From NCBI GenBank assembly GCA_009914755.4, contig CP068257.2:20480001-20544000 (forward strand): a stretch of 64,000 nucleotides of DNA, in the 5' to 3' direction. The position numbers were made by a program, and so were the translations under genes. This DNA comes from the human T2T-CHM13v2.0 reference genome, Homo sapiens. The notes below the pieces were generated by a model that was not told the DNA's origin, did not search any database, and was given only the letters and a program-made list of their open reading frames with translations. Positions 40,893-53,539 of this stretch are shown here, in pieces; within the stretch, counting starts at the first letter, position 1, and each line of letters opens with the position of its first letter.

Positions 40893-41190
40893 TTTCATTT
40901 TATTTTTTGAGACAGAGTCTTACTCTGTTGCCCAGGCTGGAGTGCCGTGGCGCAATCTTGGCTCACTGCAAACTCCACCTCCTAGGTTCACGTCATTCTC
41001 TTGCCTCAGCCTCCTGAGTAGCTGGGACTGCAGGCGCCCACCATCTTGCCCGGCTAATTTTTTGTATTTTTAGTAGAGACGGGGTTTCACCGTGTTAGCC
41101 AGGATGGTCTGGATCTCCTGACCTCGTGATCTGCCCGCCTCGGCCTCCCAAAGTGCTGGGATTACAGATGTGAGCCACCGCGGCTGGCCC
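40893..41190 (-). mobile_element. Young Alu (AluY-like), minus orientation, with a perfect 12-bp target-site duplication
   Basis: A T-rich tail at 40893-40908 is followed by gagacagagtcttactctgttgcccaggctggagtgccgtggcgcaatcttggctcactgcaa...ccgtgttagccaggatggtctggatctcctgacctcgtgatctgcccgcctcggcctcccaaagtgctgggattacagatgtgagccaccgcggctggcc. The diagnostic CpG-rich positions are retained. Target-site duplication catgatcactta lies at 40881-40892 and 41191-41202. Confidence 0.95.
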
Positions 41191-43059
41191 CATGATCACT
41201 TAGATATCACTAAGACTAAGCCACTTTTAAAAAATTAGGACAGACATCTTTATTGAAATGTGTCTTTCGGTATATGTTAGCATACTATATATACACATAC
41301 ATATATACTCTTTAACACAACTCATGTATTGCCACCATTCATTTAACCAATAAATTAAAACTAAAATGATGGGAGGGAAGGGAAGGGGAACTAATGACAA
41401 ACTTTTCATCTTATATCTGGTAAGAAATTGTGAATTTCTCAGAATTTCCCTGGAGAAAACCTGTGACCAGAGAATCTTTGAAATAAAATATATAAATCCC
41501 TGCCCCCTACCAAAAATATTTCCAAAAGATGGAGTTATTACAATAAGTGTGCTTCTCAGAACAGGAGCATTCATTCCACTCCCTACTCTTGCTTCTGCAC
41601 CTCTGGCTTCAAGACAGTCTGTCCCTCAGTAGGGCAGTGAGGTTTATATGGGCACGTAGGCTCAGTGCACCTTGGGCTCTGGGGGTTAAGGAGCAGGCTA
41701 CAGTATGGGAGCCGAGTGAGCAACACTCCTCTGAGGTTATGTCTGGTACATCATCTGACTAAGTATGAGAGTTTTCCAGGTCCCTGTGGATGCTCTCAGG
41801 CTGGGCCAGACTGATGTCCCAGAGTCTGCTGGCCAGGCAGTCTTTCTGTTCACATCTTTGGTGTCTGTTGAGGGATCCTCTTCACCACCTCCATCACCAC
41901 TACCTTCTTCTTTGTCCAGTTTCTTCTGAGTCTTCACCAAAATCACTCTTAGATGTTCCATTCACAGCAATACATTACAGGCCAAACTCATATCAGGTCA
42001 GCATTCACATCAAAATACACCTTATTTCTTGATACCAGTTTCTATCTTAATTGATTTGTGCTGCTCTACCAAAATATAACAGACTGGGTAAGTTATCAAT
42101 AATAGAAATTATTTCTCCCATTTCTGGAAAGTTCAAGATCAATACCAGGCATCTGGTGTCTGATGAGGGCCTTCTTGATGCATCCTTACATGTCAGAAGG
42201 CAGAAGGGCTACAAGAAGGCCAAACTCTTCCTCAAGCCTTTTTGAGAATACTAAATCTCATTCATGAAGGGAGAGCCTTCATGACTTAACCTTATCTCCC
42301 AAAAGGCCCCAGGGCTCAATATTGCCACCAGGAGAATTAAGTTCAATATTAACTTCAGAAGGGATGACATCATTCACACCATAGCTCTCATTATTGTAGG
42401 GCAGAGTTGGAAGATAGGGCTATGACCACAGGCTCTGCCAGAGCAGGGGTATGGGGTAAAAACACCAAACCCAGAAACAACTTTCTCTGACAGGAAAAAA
42501 AAAATAGCAAAGCAATACTTACTGCTACATTTTTCAAGCATGCAAAAATAAAACATCTAGGGACAACTTACAAGTTTGCAGGAAATTATCATTTTTAAGA
42601 AAAGTTTCATTTTGTCTTCTTAAAAAGAGAAAATTAAAGCTCCTATGTCAATTCAAACAATACAAACTAACAGGCAGAAAAAGAACCCAGATGTGAGAAG
42701 GAATGCAAATCACCACACTAAGAAGCTGAGAAATTACTCAGCAGGATCCAAAAATAATTAGGATCTGAGTGAACATATTGGTAAAATATTAAAAGTACTT
42801 TGAAAACTTTTAAGTGACATTGAGTTTAGAAGGAAATTTCTTCTTGGATAGTATGATGAGACTTTTTTGAAAATAGATCACCAGTAGGGGCTGACAGCTG
42901 TTGCAACATTTATTTTTCTTTTCTTTTTTTAAAAAAATTAAACAGAGGTAAAAAGTGAGGTTTCTGTAAAGATGCGTCCTAATAATAGAAGTATTTCGTT
43001 GTTTTGGGGTACTGTCTACACTGGAATTCAAGGACAGAAAAACCAGAAATATATGACAC

Positions 43060-43150
43060 AAACATGCTTCTTTATTCAAATTCTAGACTTATAAAAACCA
43101 AATAAACAAAAACAAAGTAAAGCAAACCAACAAACAAACAAAAAAACTTC
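43060..43150. repeat. (CAAA)n-like A-rich simple repeat
   Basis: ttattcaaattctagacttataaaaaccaaataaacaaaaacaaagtaaagcaaaccaacaaacaaacaaaaaaac. Confidence 0.8.
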
Positions 43151-46100
43151 AAAGTATGGGTTCTTCTGGGCAGAGTTCAAGAAATTTGCTGCTGCTTCCA
43201 ATTTAACAGAAAGCTTTTTTTAAAAAAGGACTCTTTTATTTGGTGGAGCATTAAAATGAACAATAATTCCTATCTAGGTATATGAACAACTACAAAGATT
43301 TCAGCTATACTAAAATCTTCCAATTTTAGTGGAAGAATGATCTTTCAATTTTGTTAGTGGATTAAAAATCATAGTGATATTATAACTTGAACTAATATTT
43401 TTAAAACATGTGTTAACATGTATTTCCTTATTAATGAAGATTTAAAACTATAAGTTTTTTTTTTCCAATTTTTAGGAGAGGCAAAAATTCAAAAAAATAT
43501 CCAGTAAGAAACCAGAGGAAAAAAATCAACTGGATAGAGCAGAACTATGTGTCCTAAGCTGGGGGAAATAAAAATAACGTGAAGTATTGGCTGGTAAAAA
43601 TAGTCTACAGATAGTTATTGAAGAACCTAAGAAAACCCATTATTGACCCCAACAGACAAAAGACAATGAAACTGCAATGGCGTTAATTGGTACTTAAAAG
43701 CTTTGGTGCTCTTCTGAACATTGAAGTTAAAAAATTTAAATACACTATAACCCCTGCATGCTTAACTTTCCTTCCTCCCAATTCCACTCTGCTTCCTCCA
43801 CACTTCCAAATCTCCAAATTGTGCAGTCACCTAAAATATTTACCAGGTCAATTTTTCTTTATCTCTTCTCAGGATACCTTTGCTGATATTGCCAGGAAAG
43901 CTAGATAGAGTGACCTCAACACTGCCTTTCTAAATAATGTTGCTTCTTTTGTCCTCCTGAAGCCTCTACAAACATGTTGCCAGAGGTACTTCACGCTAAG
44001 ACTTCACTGCTAAGGTAGGGAGAATCTGGTGTCAACTTGTCTAGTTAAGTGAAAGGAGAGGTGGCCCTAAATTTCAAATATATCTGTGTGAACACTGTTT
44101 ATATTTCTGTTTGTAAAAGATTGCAATCGGAGACATAGAATGGGATTCATCTTGGGTAGCTGGTGGATCATTCCACAAACTGTCATAACCCCAAATTCAT
44201 CGCATATGATATGTCAACATTTTGGCAGGTGCTTAGGCTTCTTCTTGACAAGGAACCCTTTCTCATTTCCCATGCATCCATATATTCCTGTGTTCTGTAA
44301 TCAGCTTGTTGACACAAGACTAGTGCTTCATTTCAAACTTTCATTACCTTAGCTTTATTGTCTTTGAAGCTGCCTAATAGCCATTTGTTTTTAAAACCTA
44401 CGCTAACTAACACAGAATAAAAATATCTCATTCTTTTAGGTTACTGCACCCAAAAACTTTGATTATAATTTCTGGGTTATGATTAATAGTCAGTATAATT
44501 CAACTGGATTTAATAACCAGAAATATCTAAGAAGCAAATACCTTTTTTTTTTTTTGCTTGCTGTAAGGCCTGATAAGATAGCATTGCAGCACAAATCAGT
44601 ATGAATATTCTGAAGCTGTTTATATATACAAAACTTAATCAACTGTTTATTGTGTGTGAGAAGTTTATAACATTTTGTCTGCAAGATTCTTCGGGGCAGG
44701 CATAATATCAATTTTTATAATTGTGAAATGTACAAAGCCTGCCACAAGGTAGTACAAATAAAGTTTTCAAAACCTAAGTTGCTACCAGTATTAGTTTTAA
44801 TAAGTTCATACCAATGAATTGACGTTCGCTTTGAGCTGAGTTCAGATAATTATCAATGATGAGCCAAATACAGTGCATTATAGGCTATGGATTTATTTTT
44901 TCAACATAACAAGACAATTGGGGGTAGAATAATGGATCCCAGTTAGTCATCATTGGCTTCAGTGCTTGTTGACATATTACCAATCTGATTTTATCTATCC
45001 ATCCTCATTTTGAAGCAGATTCTCTATTATTACTTTATATGATTTTTCTCCATGTCCAAAATTTTCTAATTACCTCATAAACATATTTTTACACTCATTT
45101 TTTTCCAGGTTACAAACTGATGCACACATTGCATGTGGTTGCTATGTCTTTTAATTTTCTTCTAATTAATACGATTTCCCACTTTATAATCTTCATGTCA
45201 CTTTTTGTGCAAGAAACTTATCTTAGATTCCTAATTTGGTAATTTGGGTCATTGTGGTGCCCCACATATTTTCATCCTCATGATTCTGCGAAATAACATT
45301 TGGACATAAAGGCTATGTTATAGTCAGGCCCAATTCATTGAGAAAAATAAATGTGTAGACCATCTTGTAACCTTTCTGTTGTAGCATCCAGTAGCCATAT
45401 ACTGTCTTATCATCTTGATTTCAGTGCTGCTAATATGAACCAGTAAATTTAGATTTGGTCAGCTTCATTTGCTGAAAATTTATCCATTAATATTTCACCC
45501 ACAAGTTTAACAATGACTGACAATAGTTGCCTAGATATGTTATTTAATTAACATTTGCAAAGCATAACTAATGTTATCATTTTTAAAAAATTTAATACTT
45601 AGAAGTCTTCAGTAAAGAAATTTCTTTCCTCTATTTAATTATTTTGATAAGGAAGGTAGAATAAATTATTGTTTCTTTCTCTGTATGAATAGCCAGAATA
45701 ATTTACTGGACTCCTAAGAATCCCCGAAAGTGACAAATTAGTTTTTATAAGTATAATTAAAATATCTTAGGTTTTTTACATGTATATTTGATGCCTCTCA
45801 ATCCATTATAGGCATTAATATTTGCCGTTCAAATTCTGTGAGGCAGATTTTTTTAGATGGCTCGCTCTGAGATTCCTACATCCTGATATACATGTACCAT
45901 ATGATCGCCTCCCCTTGGGTGTGGCTGAGACCTGTAAACACATGGAATAGCAAACACAATGTGACAAATGGAATTTTGCAGATGTAATTAAGTTCCATAA
46001 CTAGTTGACTGAGTTCAATCCTAAACAAGTTTAGCAAGTTAGCAAACAATCCTAGCAACTTTCTGCCTAGGCATCTAGGTGGTCTTCAGCATCCTTTAAA

Positions 46101-47112
46101 ATGCAGGGTGAAGGAAGACATGCCTATACAGCACACCTGCAGAATAAGCACATTGTGGATGCTGCTAAGACTTACCACATACACCCGCTGGAGTGGCAGC
46201 TGAACCACTCCTGAGCCTGCTTGAGCCACAGCTGGGGTGGCCAAGGCACTCTGCACTGGAATATGGGGAGAAAAGCTCCAAGGCAGCCCTGGGCAACAAA
46301 ACTTGTGGAGGGCATCCAAGGCCTCTCTCTGGAAACCAGTTCACCTTTCTAGAGCTCTGGGCCAGTGGTGGGAGGGGCAACCCCAAAATCTCTGAAATTG
46401 CCTTTGGATCCTTTCTGTCATCATCTTGATGAATATTGGGGAGCTCACAAATCCTAAAAACACTGAAAATTTTCCACCTACCTAGAAACACTTGAAGAAT
46501 TCTCAGCATAAAAACTGGCATTGATCACCAAATAAACAACTGTATAATTATGACAAAATGATGTGGATAATGATGGTGGAATATTGCATATGATGCTCTG
46601 ACAATTTACGTAAAATATAACCATCAATATATAAAGAAGAATAGAGGAGGACTATGGAAAGTAGAATAAGCTGTTGATTTTCTGACATAGACTTAGTATA
46701 AAAGATGTTTTAAATTTGATGTTAAATGAGGAAAAGCAGGAACAAAAGAAACTAGATAATTCAATCTTACTCAAAGTAGGAAAACAACAGACTGTGTTAA
46801 AAGCAAGAATGATATGGATATTATATTAAGGTATTAGGATATATGCAACAATCAAAACAAATGTAGAACATCTCTAAATTCCAAACAAAATATAAAAAAT
46901 GAAAATATGAAAATCCCAAAAATTAAAGCAATAAAAAGAGAGCACACAGTGACAAAGAGTTATATAAATGCATTAAGGAAAACAAAACAAAGATCAAACA
47001 CCTTTTTTGTCCTATTAATCAAGTATGTGAGTTTTTTACTCATGTACTTTTAAAAAGTTCAGACTGGTTAGCCAAGTAAATTCAAAGTCTGTGATAAAGT
47101 CTGGAAAATTAC

Positions 47113-47390
47113 AGCCAGGTGTGGTGGCTCACAGCTACAATTCTAGCATTTTGGGAGGCTGAGGTGGGTGGATCGCTTAAGCCCAGGAGTTAGAGACCAG
47201 CCCATGCAACATGGTGAAACCCCGTCTCTACAAAAAATACAAAAATTAGCTGAGCGTGGTGGTGCATGCCGGTGGTCCCAACTACTCAGGAGGCTGAGGC
47301 AGGTGGATCATGGCTGCAGTGAGCCATGATGGTGTCACTGTACTCCAGCCTGGGCAACAGAGCAAGACCCTGTCTCAAAGAAAATAATTT
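47113..47390 (+). mobile_element. Alu (older)
   Basis: agccaggtgtggtggctcacagctacaattctagcattttgggaggctgaggtgggtggatcgcttaagcccaggagttagagaccagcc...ctgtactccagcctgggcaacagagcaagaccctgtctcaaagaaaataa. Confidence 0.9.
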
Positions 47391-47394
47391 TCGA

Positions 47395-48085
47395 AATGTT
47401 TTCTAGTTCTGTGAAGAGTGATGGTGGTATTTTGATGGGAATTGCGTTGAATTTATGGATTGCTTTTGGCAGTATGGTCATTTTCACAATGTTGATCCTT
47501 CCCATCCATGAGCATGGGATGTGCTTCCATTTGTTTGTGTCATCTATGATTTTCTTCATCAGTGTTTTCTGGTTTTCCTTGTAGAGGACTTTCACCTCCT
47601 TGGTTAGGTATATTTATAAGTATTTTATTTTATTTTATTGCAGCTATTGTGAAAGGAGTTGAGTTCTTGATTTAGTTCTCAACTTGACCACTGTTGGGGT
47701 ATAGGGGAGCTATTGATTTGTGTACATTGATTTGTATCTTAAAACTTTGCTGAATTCTTTATCAGTTACAGGAGCTTTTTGGAGGATTCTTTATGGTTTT
47801 CTGGGTATGCAGTCATGTCATCAGCAGACAGCGACAATTTGACTTCCTCTTTACCAATTTGGATGCCTTTTGTCTCTTTCTCTTGTCTGATTGCTTTGGC
47901 TAGGACTTCTGGTAATATGTTGAATGGAGGTGGTGAAAATGACATCCTTGTCTTGTTCTGGTTCTCATGTGGAATGCTTTCAAACTTTTCCCCATTTAGT
48001 ATTATGTTGGCTGTCGGTTAGATGGTTTTTATTACATTGAGGTATGTCCCTTGTATGCAGATTTTGCTGAGAGTTTTAATCATAA
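47395..48085 (-). mobile_element. LINE-1 ORF2 middle segment (about ORF2 aa 690-900), minus orientation; the left, inverted part of a probable twin-primed L1
   Basis: The minus-strand ORF 47335-47595 translates to [56 protein letters not shown], matching L1 ORF2 ...[53 protein letters not shown]. Further right, the reverse complement reads ...[27 protein letters not shown]. Confidence 0.85.
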
Positions 48086-48089
48086 AGGA

Positions 48090-48700
48090 TGATGGATTTA
48101 TATGGAATCTACAATGAACTTAAACAAATTAGCAAAAAAATACAAAACAAACAAAACAATCATGTCAAAAAGTGGGCTAAGGACATGAATACACAATTCT
48201 TGAAAGAAGATATACAGATGCCCAACAAAAATGGAACATCACTAAGGATCAGGAAAATGCAAATCAAAACCACAATGCAATGCCACTTTACTCCTGCAAG
48301 AATGGCCATAATAAAAAAAATAAAAAAATAATAATACATGTTGGTGTGGATGTGGTGAAAAGGGAACACTGCTGCTGGGAATGTAAACCAGTACAACCAC
48401 TATGGAAAACTGTGTGGAGTTTCCTTAAAGAACTAAAAGTAGAAGTATCATTTGATTTAGCAATCCCACTGCTGGGTATCTACCTGGAGGAAGAGAAGTC
48501 ATTATATGAAAAGATACTTGCACACGTATGTTTATAGCAGCACAATTCACAATTGTAAAAATGTGGAACCAACCCAAATGCCCATCAATCCATGAGTGGA
48601 TAAAGAAACTGTGGTATATATACATTATGGAATACGACTCAGCCAATTAGCTATCATAATATAAAAAATTGTATAAGAATATTATTAAAAAGATATAAAA
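48090..48700 (+). mobile_element. LINE-1 ORF2 C-terminal segment (about aa 1040-1230) continuing into a degraded 3' region, plus orientation; the right part of the same probable twin-primed L1
   Basis: The ORF at 48089-48331 translates to [70 protein letters not shown], matching L1 ORF2 [73 protein letters not shown]. It is followed by [37 protein letters not shown] and ...qpkcpsi.ewikklwyiytmeyysa. Confidence 0.85.
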
Positions 48701-49504
48701 ACATAAACACCACTGTAAAAAGAGTATGTCTTTTTGAGATCTGTGAGTTGTATCTTACTTGCAAGCAAGCAAGTTTGTTTCATAGACATTTGCAGGAGAC
48801 AGAGAGTTGAAGGTCAGAATGAAAAATCTATTCATTATGTACAGCAAGCAGCAGCAAGACTGTCACTGTGTTCTCATGCTGGACCTCAAAACCACAATTT
48901 TCACAAGGTAAAATGATACATACAAACATTGTTAAAGGGTCAGCTGTATATCAAACTCTGAACCCCAAAACAGACAATACATCTTTTAATATGTTATATT
49001 ATTAAAACTGATTGCATATTAGGTGACAAAAAAACAGAATGAGATCTTGTAAAATATATAAAGAGCAATTCAAACTGTTATGTAATAAAACTAAAAATTA
49101 ACCAAATTTGAAAACAAACAGCGATTTCATTTGGAAAGTAAAACTTATAAAAAGCCATTAAATAGCCCTTGGGCCAAAAAAAGGCATTTCAAAATTTGTT
49201 AATGTTATGAAGGTAAAAGTAAAAATGTCACGTTAGAACCAATTGGAATATAGCTGAAACAATTTTCAGGGAAATATTAATAACCTATATAATGCTTACC
49301 TAAATTCAAATTTTATAATGAAAATGTAATTCAACCTAATCATTAAAAAAGAGAACAAAGTAAATCAAACCAAAAGTTAATTATGTTAAAAATTAATCAA
49401 ATATGATGGCCAAAATTAATGAAACAGAAAATACTAAAATACTTAGGCATGAAGCAAACAAAAAAGTTGCAAAATCTTTCTCACTTGTTTTTAAATATTA
49501 TTTG

Positions 49505-49625
49505 TTTATTTAGTTTGAGATGTGTTCTTGCTCGGTTTCCCAGGCTGGTCTTGAAATCCTTGGCTCAAGAGATTCTCAGCCTCTCATGTAACAGGAATTA
49601 CAGACATGAGCCACAATGCCTGACT
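49505..49625 (-). mobile_element. Alu left-monomer-like fragment (FLAM-like), minus orientation
   Basis: tttgagatgtgttcttgctcggtttcccaggctggtcttgaaatccttggctcaagagattctcagcctctcatgtaacaggaattacagacatgagccacaatgcctgac. Confidence 0.6.
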
Positions 49626-50989
49626 CTAAAATTACAAAATTTTAATAAATAAATACACAATACACTCCTAAAAAGAATAAATGTAGAATTTTAAAAATAA
49701 AATAAAACACATCTAGAGAACATTAACAATGTAAAGAAAAATCAGTTCTCACTCCTAATAATAAATAACACCACTTTTTCTACTGTGTGCACACTCTTCT
49801 TACTGAACCAACACACACACACTTACATATATATATGAAAAGGAAATGGAAAAACAGGGTATTGGAAACAGGAGTGAAAACTTTCCTTGTTGTAAAGTAC
49901 CAAAGACCTTGTCTGAATTTTTTTGTTCTAGGGCTTTGTGGAATGATGAAATTAAGGATGTTGAACTAGAATATCTGTAGAAAAAAATTTAAGTAGCAAA
50001 GCATTAAGGCTTCTCTGTGGTTACTTTTGACCTCATAGAATGAAATGTTTGAGCAAATAAATGACTTAAAGATGGAATTTATAATTAAAAGGGATGCAGA
50101 GTAGAAAGATTGGAAAATTTGCAGTAGCCCCCCAGTATTTAGTTAGAAGCATAAGAAGAAATCTATTTCATGGTTGTGATGGTTCCTCACACATCTGTCA
50201 ACTTGTGCAGGTTTTATATGCACAGTTCAGTTCATCCACTGCAGTTCATGGAAACTCATTTTCACTTAGTTTGCAAAATACGTGTCTCTTTTTTTTAAAT
50301 CAAAGTTGCTCTTTTACTGTAAGGAAAGTCAAGAAAGTTAAAAACACCACAGAAGCACCTCTGTCTTTCACATTAATCATTACTATTTAATTCACTAAGC
50401 TTTTGAATAATTCTAACCCCAAATTTACTATTATTTTGGCTAAACATCCCTTCTTAAAGCTCAGCTATTTCATTGGATATTATTTTTATCTATCTCAAAT
50501 ATATGCATCCTGCAGAACATTTTTAATTGTCTATGCATGCAGGTTAGTGTGTATAGTTTTATGTGTGCATGTATATATTTATCAATGTTTAATCCTTTTT
50601 TTAAACACTGTCATTGAGTAGGTTTCAAAGTTGATTATTTTCACTCAATATATTCAAAGTATTAGCTCCCTAACATTTAGCTTAATGAATCTGTACTTAG
50701 TCTAACTAGTTTTTCTTTCTGATTTATCCATATATTCTCTTTAACTGTATTTCAAACTTTCTCTTGTGTTTTTTGGCGTTTTGTAGAATTACTGTAAGCA
50801 TCTGGGGTTTTTTTTCTTAATCCTACTTAGTTTTTACTTAATTTGTATTTTTAAACCTTCTAGATTTCAAGATTTGTTCCTTTCAATAATTAAATAAAAT
50901 GCAAAACCATTTTTCCTGATATTTTCTTTCTCTTTTTTTCTATTATCTGCTTTTAATTCATTTTATAATTCTGTTATATTTTTATTGAA

Positions 50990-53470
50990 TGAACATTAAA
51001 CATATTTTAGATTATCTCACTCTATTATAAATTTTATGGGAGTTTAGCTCCCATTTATAAATGAGAAAATGTGATACTTGGTGTTCTGTTTCTGCATTAA
51101 TGTGCTTAAGATAATGGCCTCCAGCTGCATCAGTGTTGTAGCAAAGGACATGATTTTGTTATTTTGTTATGGCTGCATAATATTCTGTGGTGTATATATA
51201 CCACATTCTCTTCATCCAGTCCATTGTTGATGCAAACTAGGCTATTTCTATGTCTTTGCAATTGTGGATAATGCTGCAATAAACAAATGAATGCAGGTGT
51301 CTTTTTTGGTAGAGTTATTTATTTTCCTCTGGGTATATACCCATTGATGGGATTCCTGTCAATTGGTGCTTTTATTTTCTACTCTTTCAGAAATCTCCAT
51401 AACTGCTTTTCACAGGGGCTGAACTAATTTATCACATTTCCACCAAAAGCGTATAAGCATTCCCTTTACTCTGCAGCCTCATCAACATCTGTTATTTTTT
51501 GACTTTTTGGTAATAGCCATTCTGACTCATGTGAGACGATATCTCATTTTGGTTCTGATTTGCATTTCTCTGATGACTAGCATTGTGGAGCATTTTTTCC
51601 TGTATTTCTTGACCACTTGTATGTCTTCTTTTAAGCAGTGTCATTCATATCCCTTGCACATTTTTAATAGGGTTTTTTTTTCTTCTTGATTTATTTAAGT
51701 TTCTTATAGATTCTGGATATTAGTCCTTGGTAAAGTGCATAGTTTGCAAATATTTTCTTCAATTTCACAAATTGTCTGTTACTCTATTGACAGCTTATTT
51801 TGCTATGCAGAGGCTCTTTAATCAGATTCAACTTGTCAATTTTTGTTCTTATTGCCATTGCTTTTGAGGATTTAGTTATAAATTATTTGTCTAGGCTCAT
51901 GTCCAGAATATTTTCTACATTTTGTTTTCACATTTTAATGTTTGAAGTCTTACATTTAAGTCTTTAATCCATATTAATTTAAGTATATGGTGAGAGGTAG
52001 CTGCATATTGTTAGCTAGTATGCTAGCACAGTTTTTTACCAGACAGTACTTTTCCCCTTCCTTATTTTGCTTGCTTTGTAAAAGATCAGTTGGTTGTAGG
52101 TGTGTGACTTTATTTCTGAGTTCTCTATTCTGTTTCATTGGTCTCTGTATCTATTTTTGTACAGTACCATGCTATTATGATTAGTGTAGCCTTATAGTAT
52201 AGATTGAAGTCAAGTAATGTGATGACTCAGGCTTTGTTCTTTTTAGTTAGAATTGCTTTGGATATTCAGGCTCATTTTTTGTTTGTTCCATATGGATTTT
52301 AAAATAGTTTTGTTCTAATTCTGTGAAAAATAACATTGACAATTTGCTAGGAATAGCATTGAATCTGTAGATTGCTTTGGGCAGTATGAAAAATTTAATG
52401 ACATTCATTCTTCCAATCCATGAACATGGAATGTTTTTCCATTTCTTTGTGTCATTTATGATTTCTTTGAGCAATGTTTTATAGTTCTTTTTGTACAGAT
52501 CTTTCACCTCCTTGATTAGATGCATACTTAAACATTTTACATTTTTGTGGCTATTGTAAATGGGACTGTGCTCTTGATTTGGCACAAAGCTTGAACAATA
52601 TTGGTAGAGAAAAATACTACTGTTTTTTGCATGCAAATTCTGTGTCCTGAAAGTTTACTAAAGTCATTTATCAGGTCTTGGAGGCTTTTGGTGGTGTCTT
52701 TAGGGTTTTCTGCATAAAGAATCATATGATTAATGAAGAGAGATAATTTGACTTCCTCTTTTCCTATCTGGATTCCTTTTGTTTCTTTCTCTTGCCCAGT
52801 TGCTCTGGTGAGGCTTCCAGTACTGTGATGAATAAGAGTGGTGAGAGTAAATATCCTTGTCTTTTTCCAGTTCTTAGGGGAAATGATTCCAGCTTTTCCC
52901 CATTCAGTATGATATTGGCTGTGGGTTTGTTACAGACGGTTGTTATTATTTTGAAGTATGTTCTTTGAGGCCTAATTTTTTGAGGGTCTTTATTATGAAT
53001 GGATTTTGAATTTTATAGAATGTTTCTTCTGTGTGTACTGAGATGATCATGTGGTTTTTGTTTTCAATATTATTTATTTGGTGAATCACATTTATCGACT
53101 TGTATATGTTGAACCAACCTTCTATCCCAGGAATGAAGCTTACTTTATCTAGATAAATTAATTATTTGGATTGCTGGTGGATTCTGTTTCCTAGTATTCT
53201 GTTAGGGATTTTTGCAACTATGTTTATGATAAATATTGGCATGTAATTTTCATATTTTGTTGTGTCTTTGCTAGATTTTGGTATCAGGATGATACTGGTT
53301 TCGTAAAATGAGTTAAGGAGAAATCCCTCCTCTTTGGTTTTTTTTTTTTTTTTTTTGGAGTAGCTTCTGTGGGTTTGGTACAAATTTTTTGTACATCGGG
53401 TAGAATTCAGCCATGAATTTGTCTTTTCCAGAACTTTTAATGGTTGGTAGTTTTTTAAATTACTGACTCA
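50990..53470 (-). mobile_element. LINE-1 3' two-thirds, minus orientation, from the 3'UTR back to about ORF2 aa 480; the 3' segment of a twin-primed (5'-inverted) L1
   Basis: Reverse-complement L1 3' end: gagtttagctcccatttataaatgagaaaatgtgatacttggtgttctgtttctgcattaatgtgcttaagataatggcctccagctgcatc...ttttgttatggctgcataatattctgtggtgtatatataccacattctcttcatccagtccattgttgatg. The minus-strand ORF 52247-52636 translates to [55 protein letters not shown], which is L1 ORF2. The segment ends at ...gggtagaattcagccatgaatttgtc, the reverse complement of ORF2 'PGPDGFTAEFYQ'. Confidence 0.9.
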
Positions 53471-53539
53471 ATTTCAGGACTTGCTATTGATTGGTTCAGG
53501 TTGCTTTAAACTCACAACAGTAGAAAAAGAAGAAACAAG

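Noticed and set aside
46165-46521. A 118-aa minus-strand ORF in a moderately GC-rich patch (46100-46520)
   Set aside because: No recognisable domain or motif, no splice-site context I can support, and overlapping ORFs on the opposite strand. It is probably an unclassified old repeat or unique non-coding DNA. I could not assign it to L1 5'UTR or any family.
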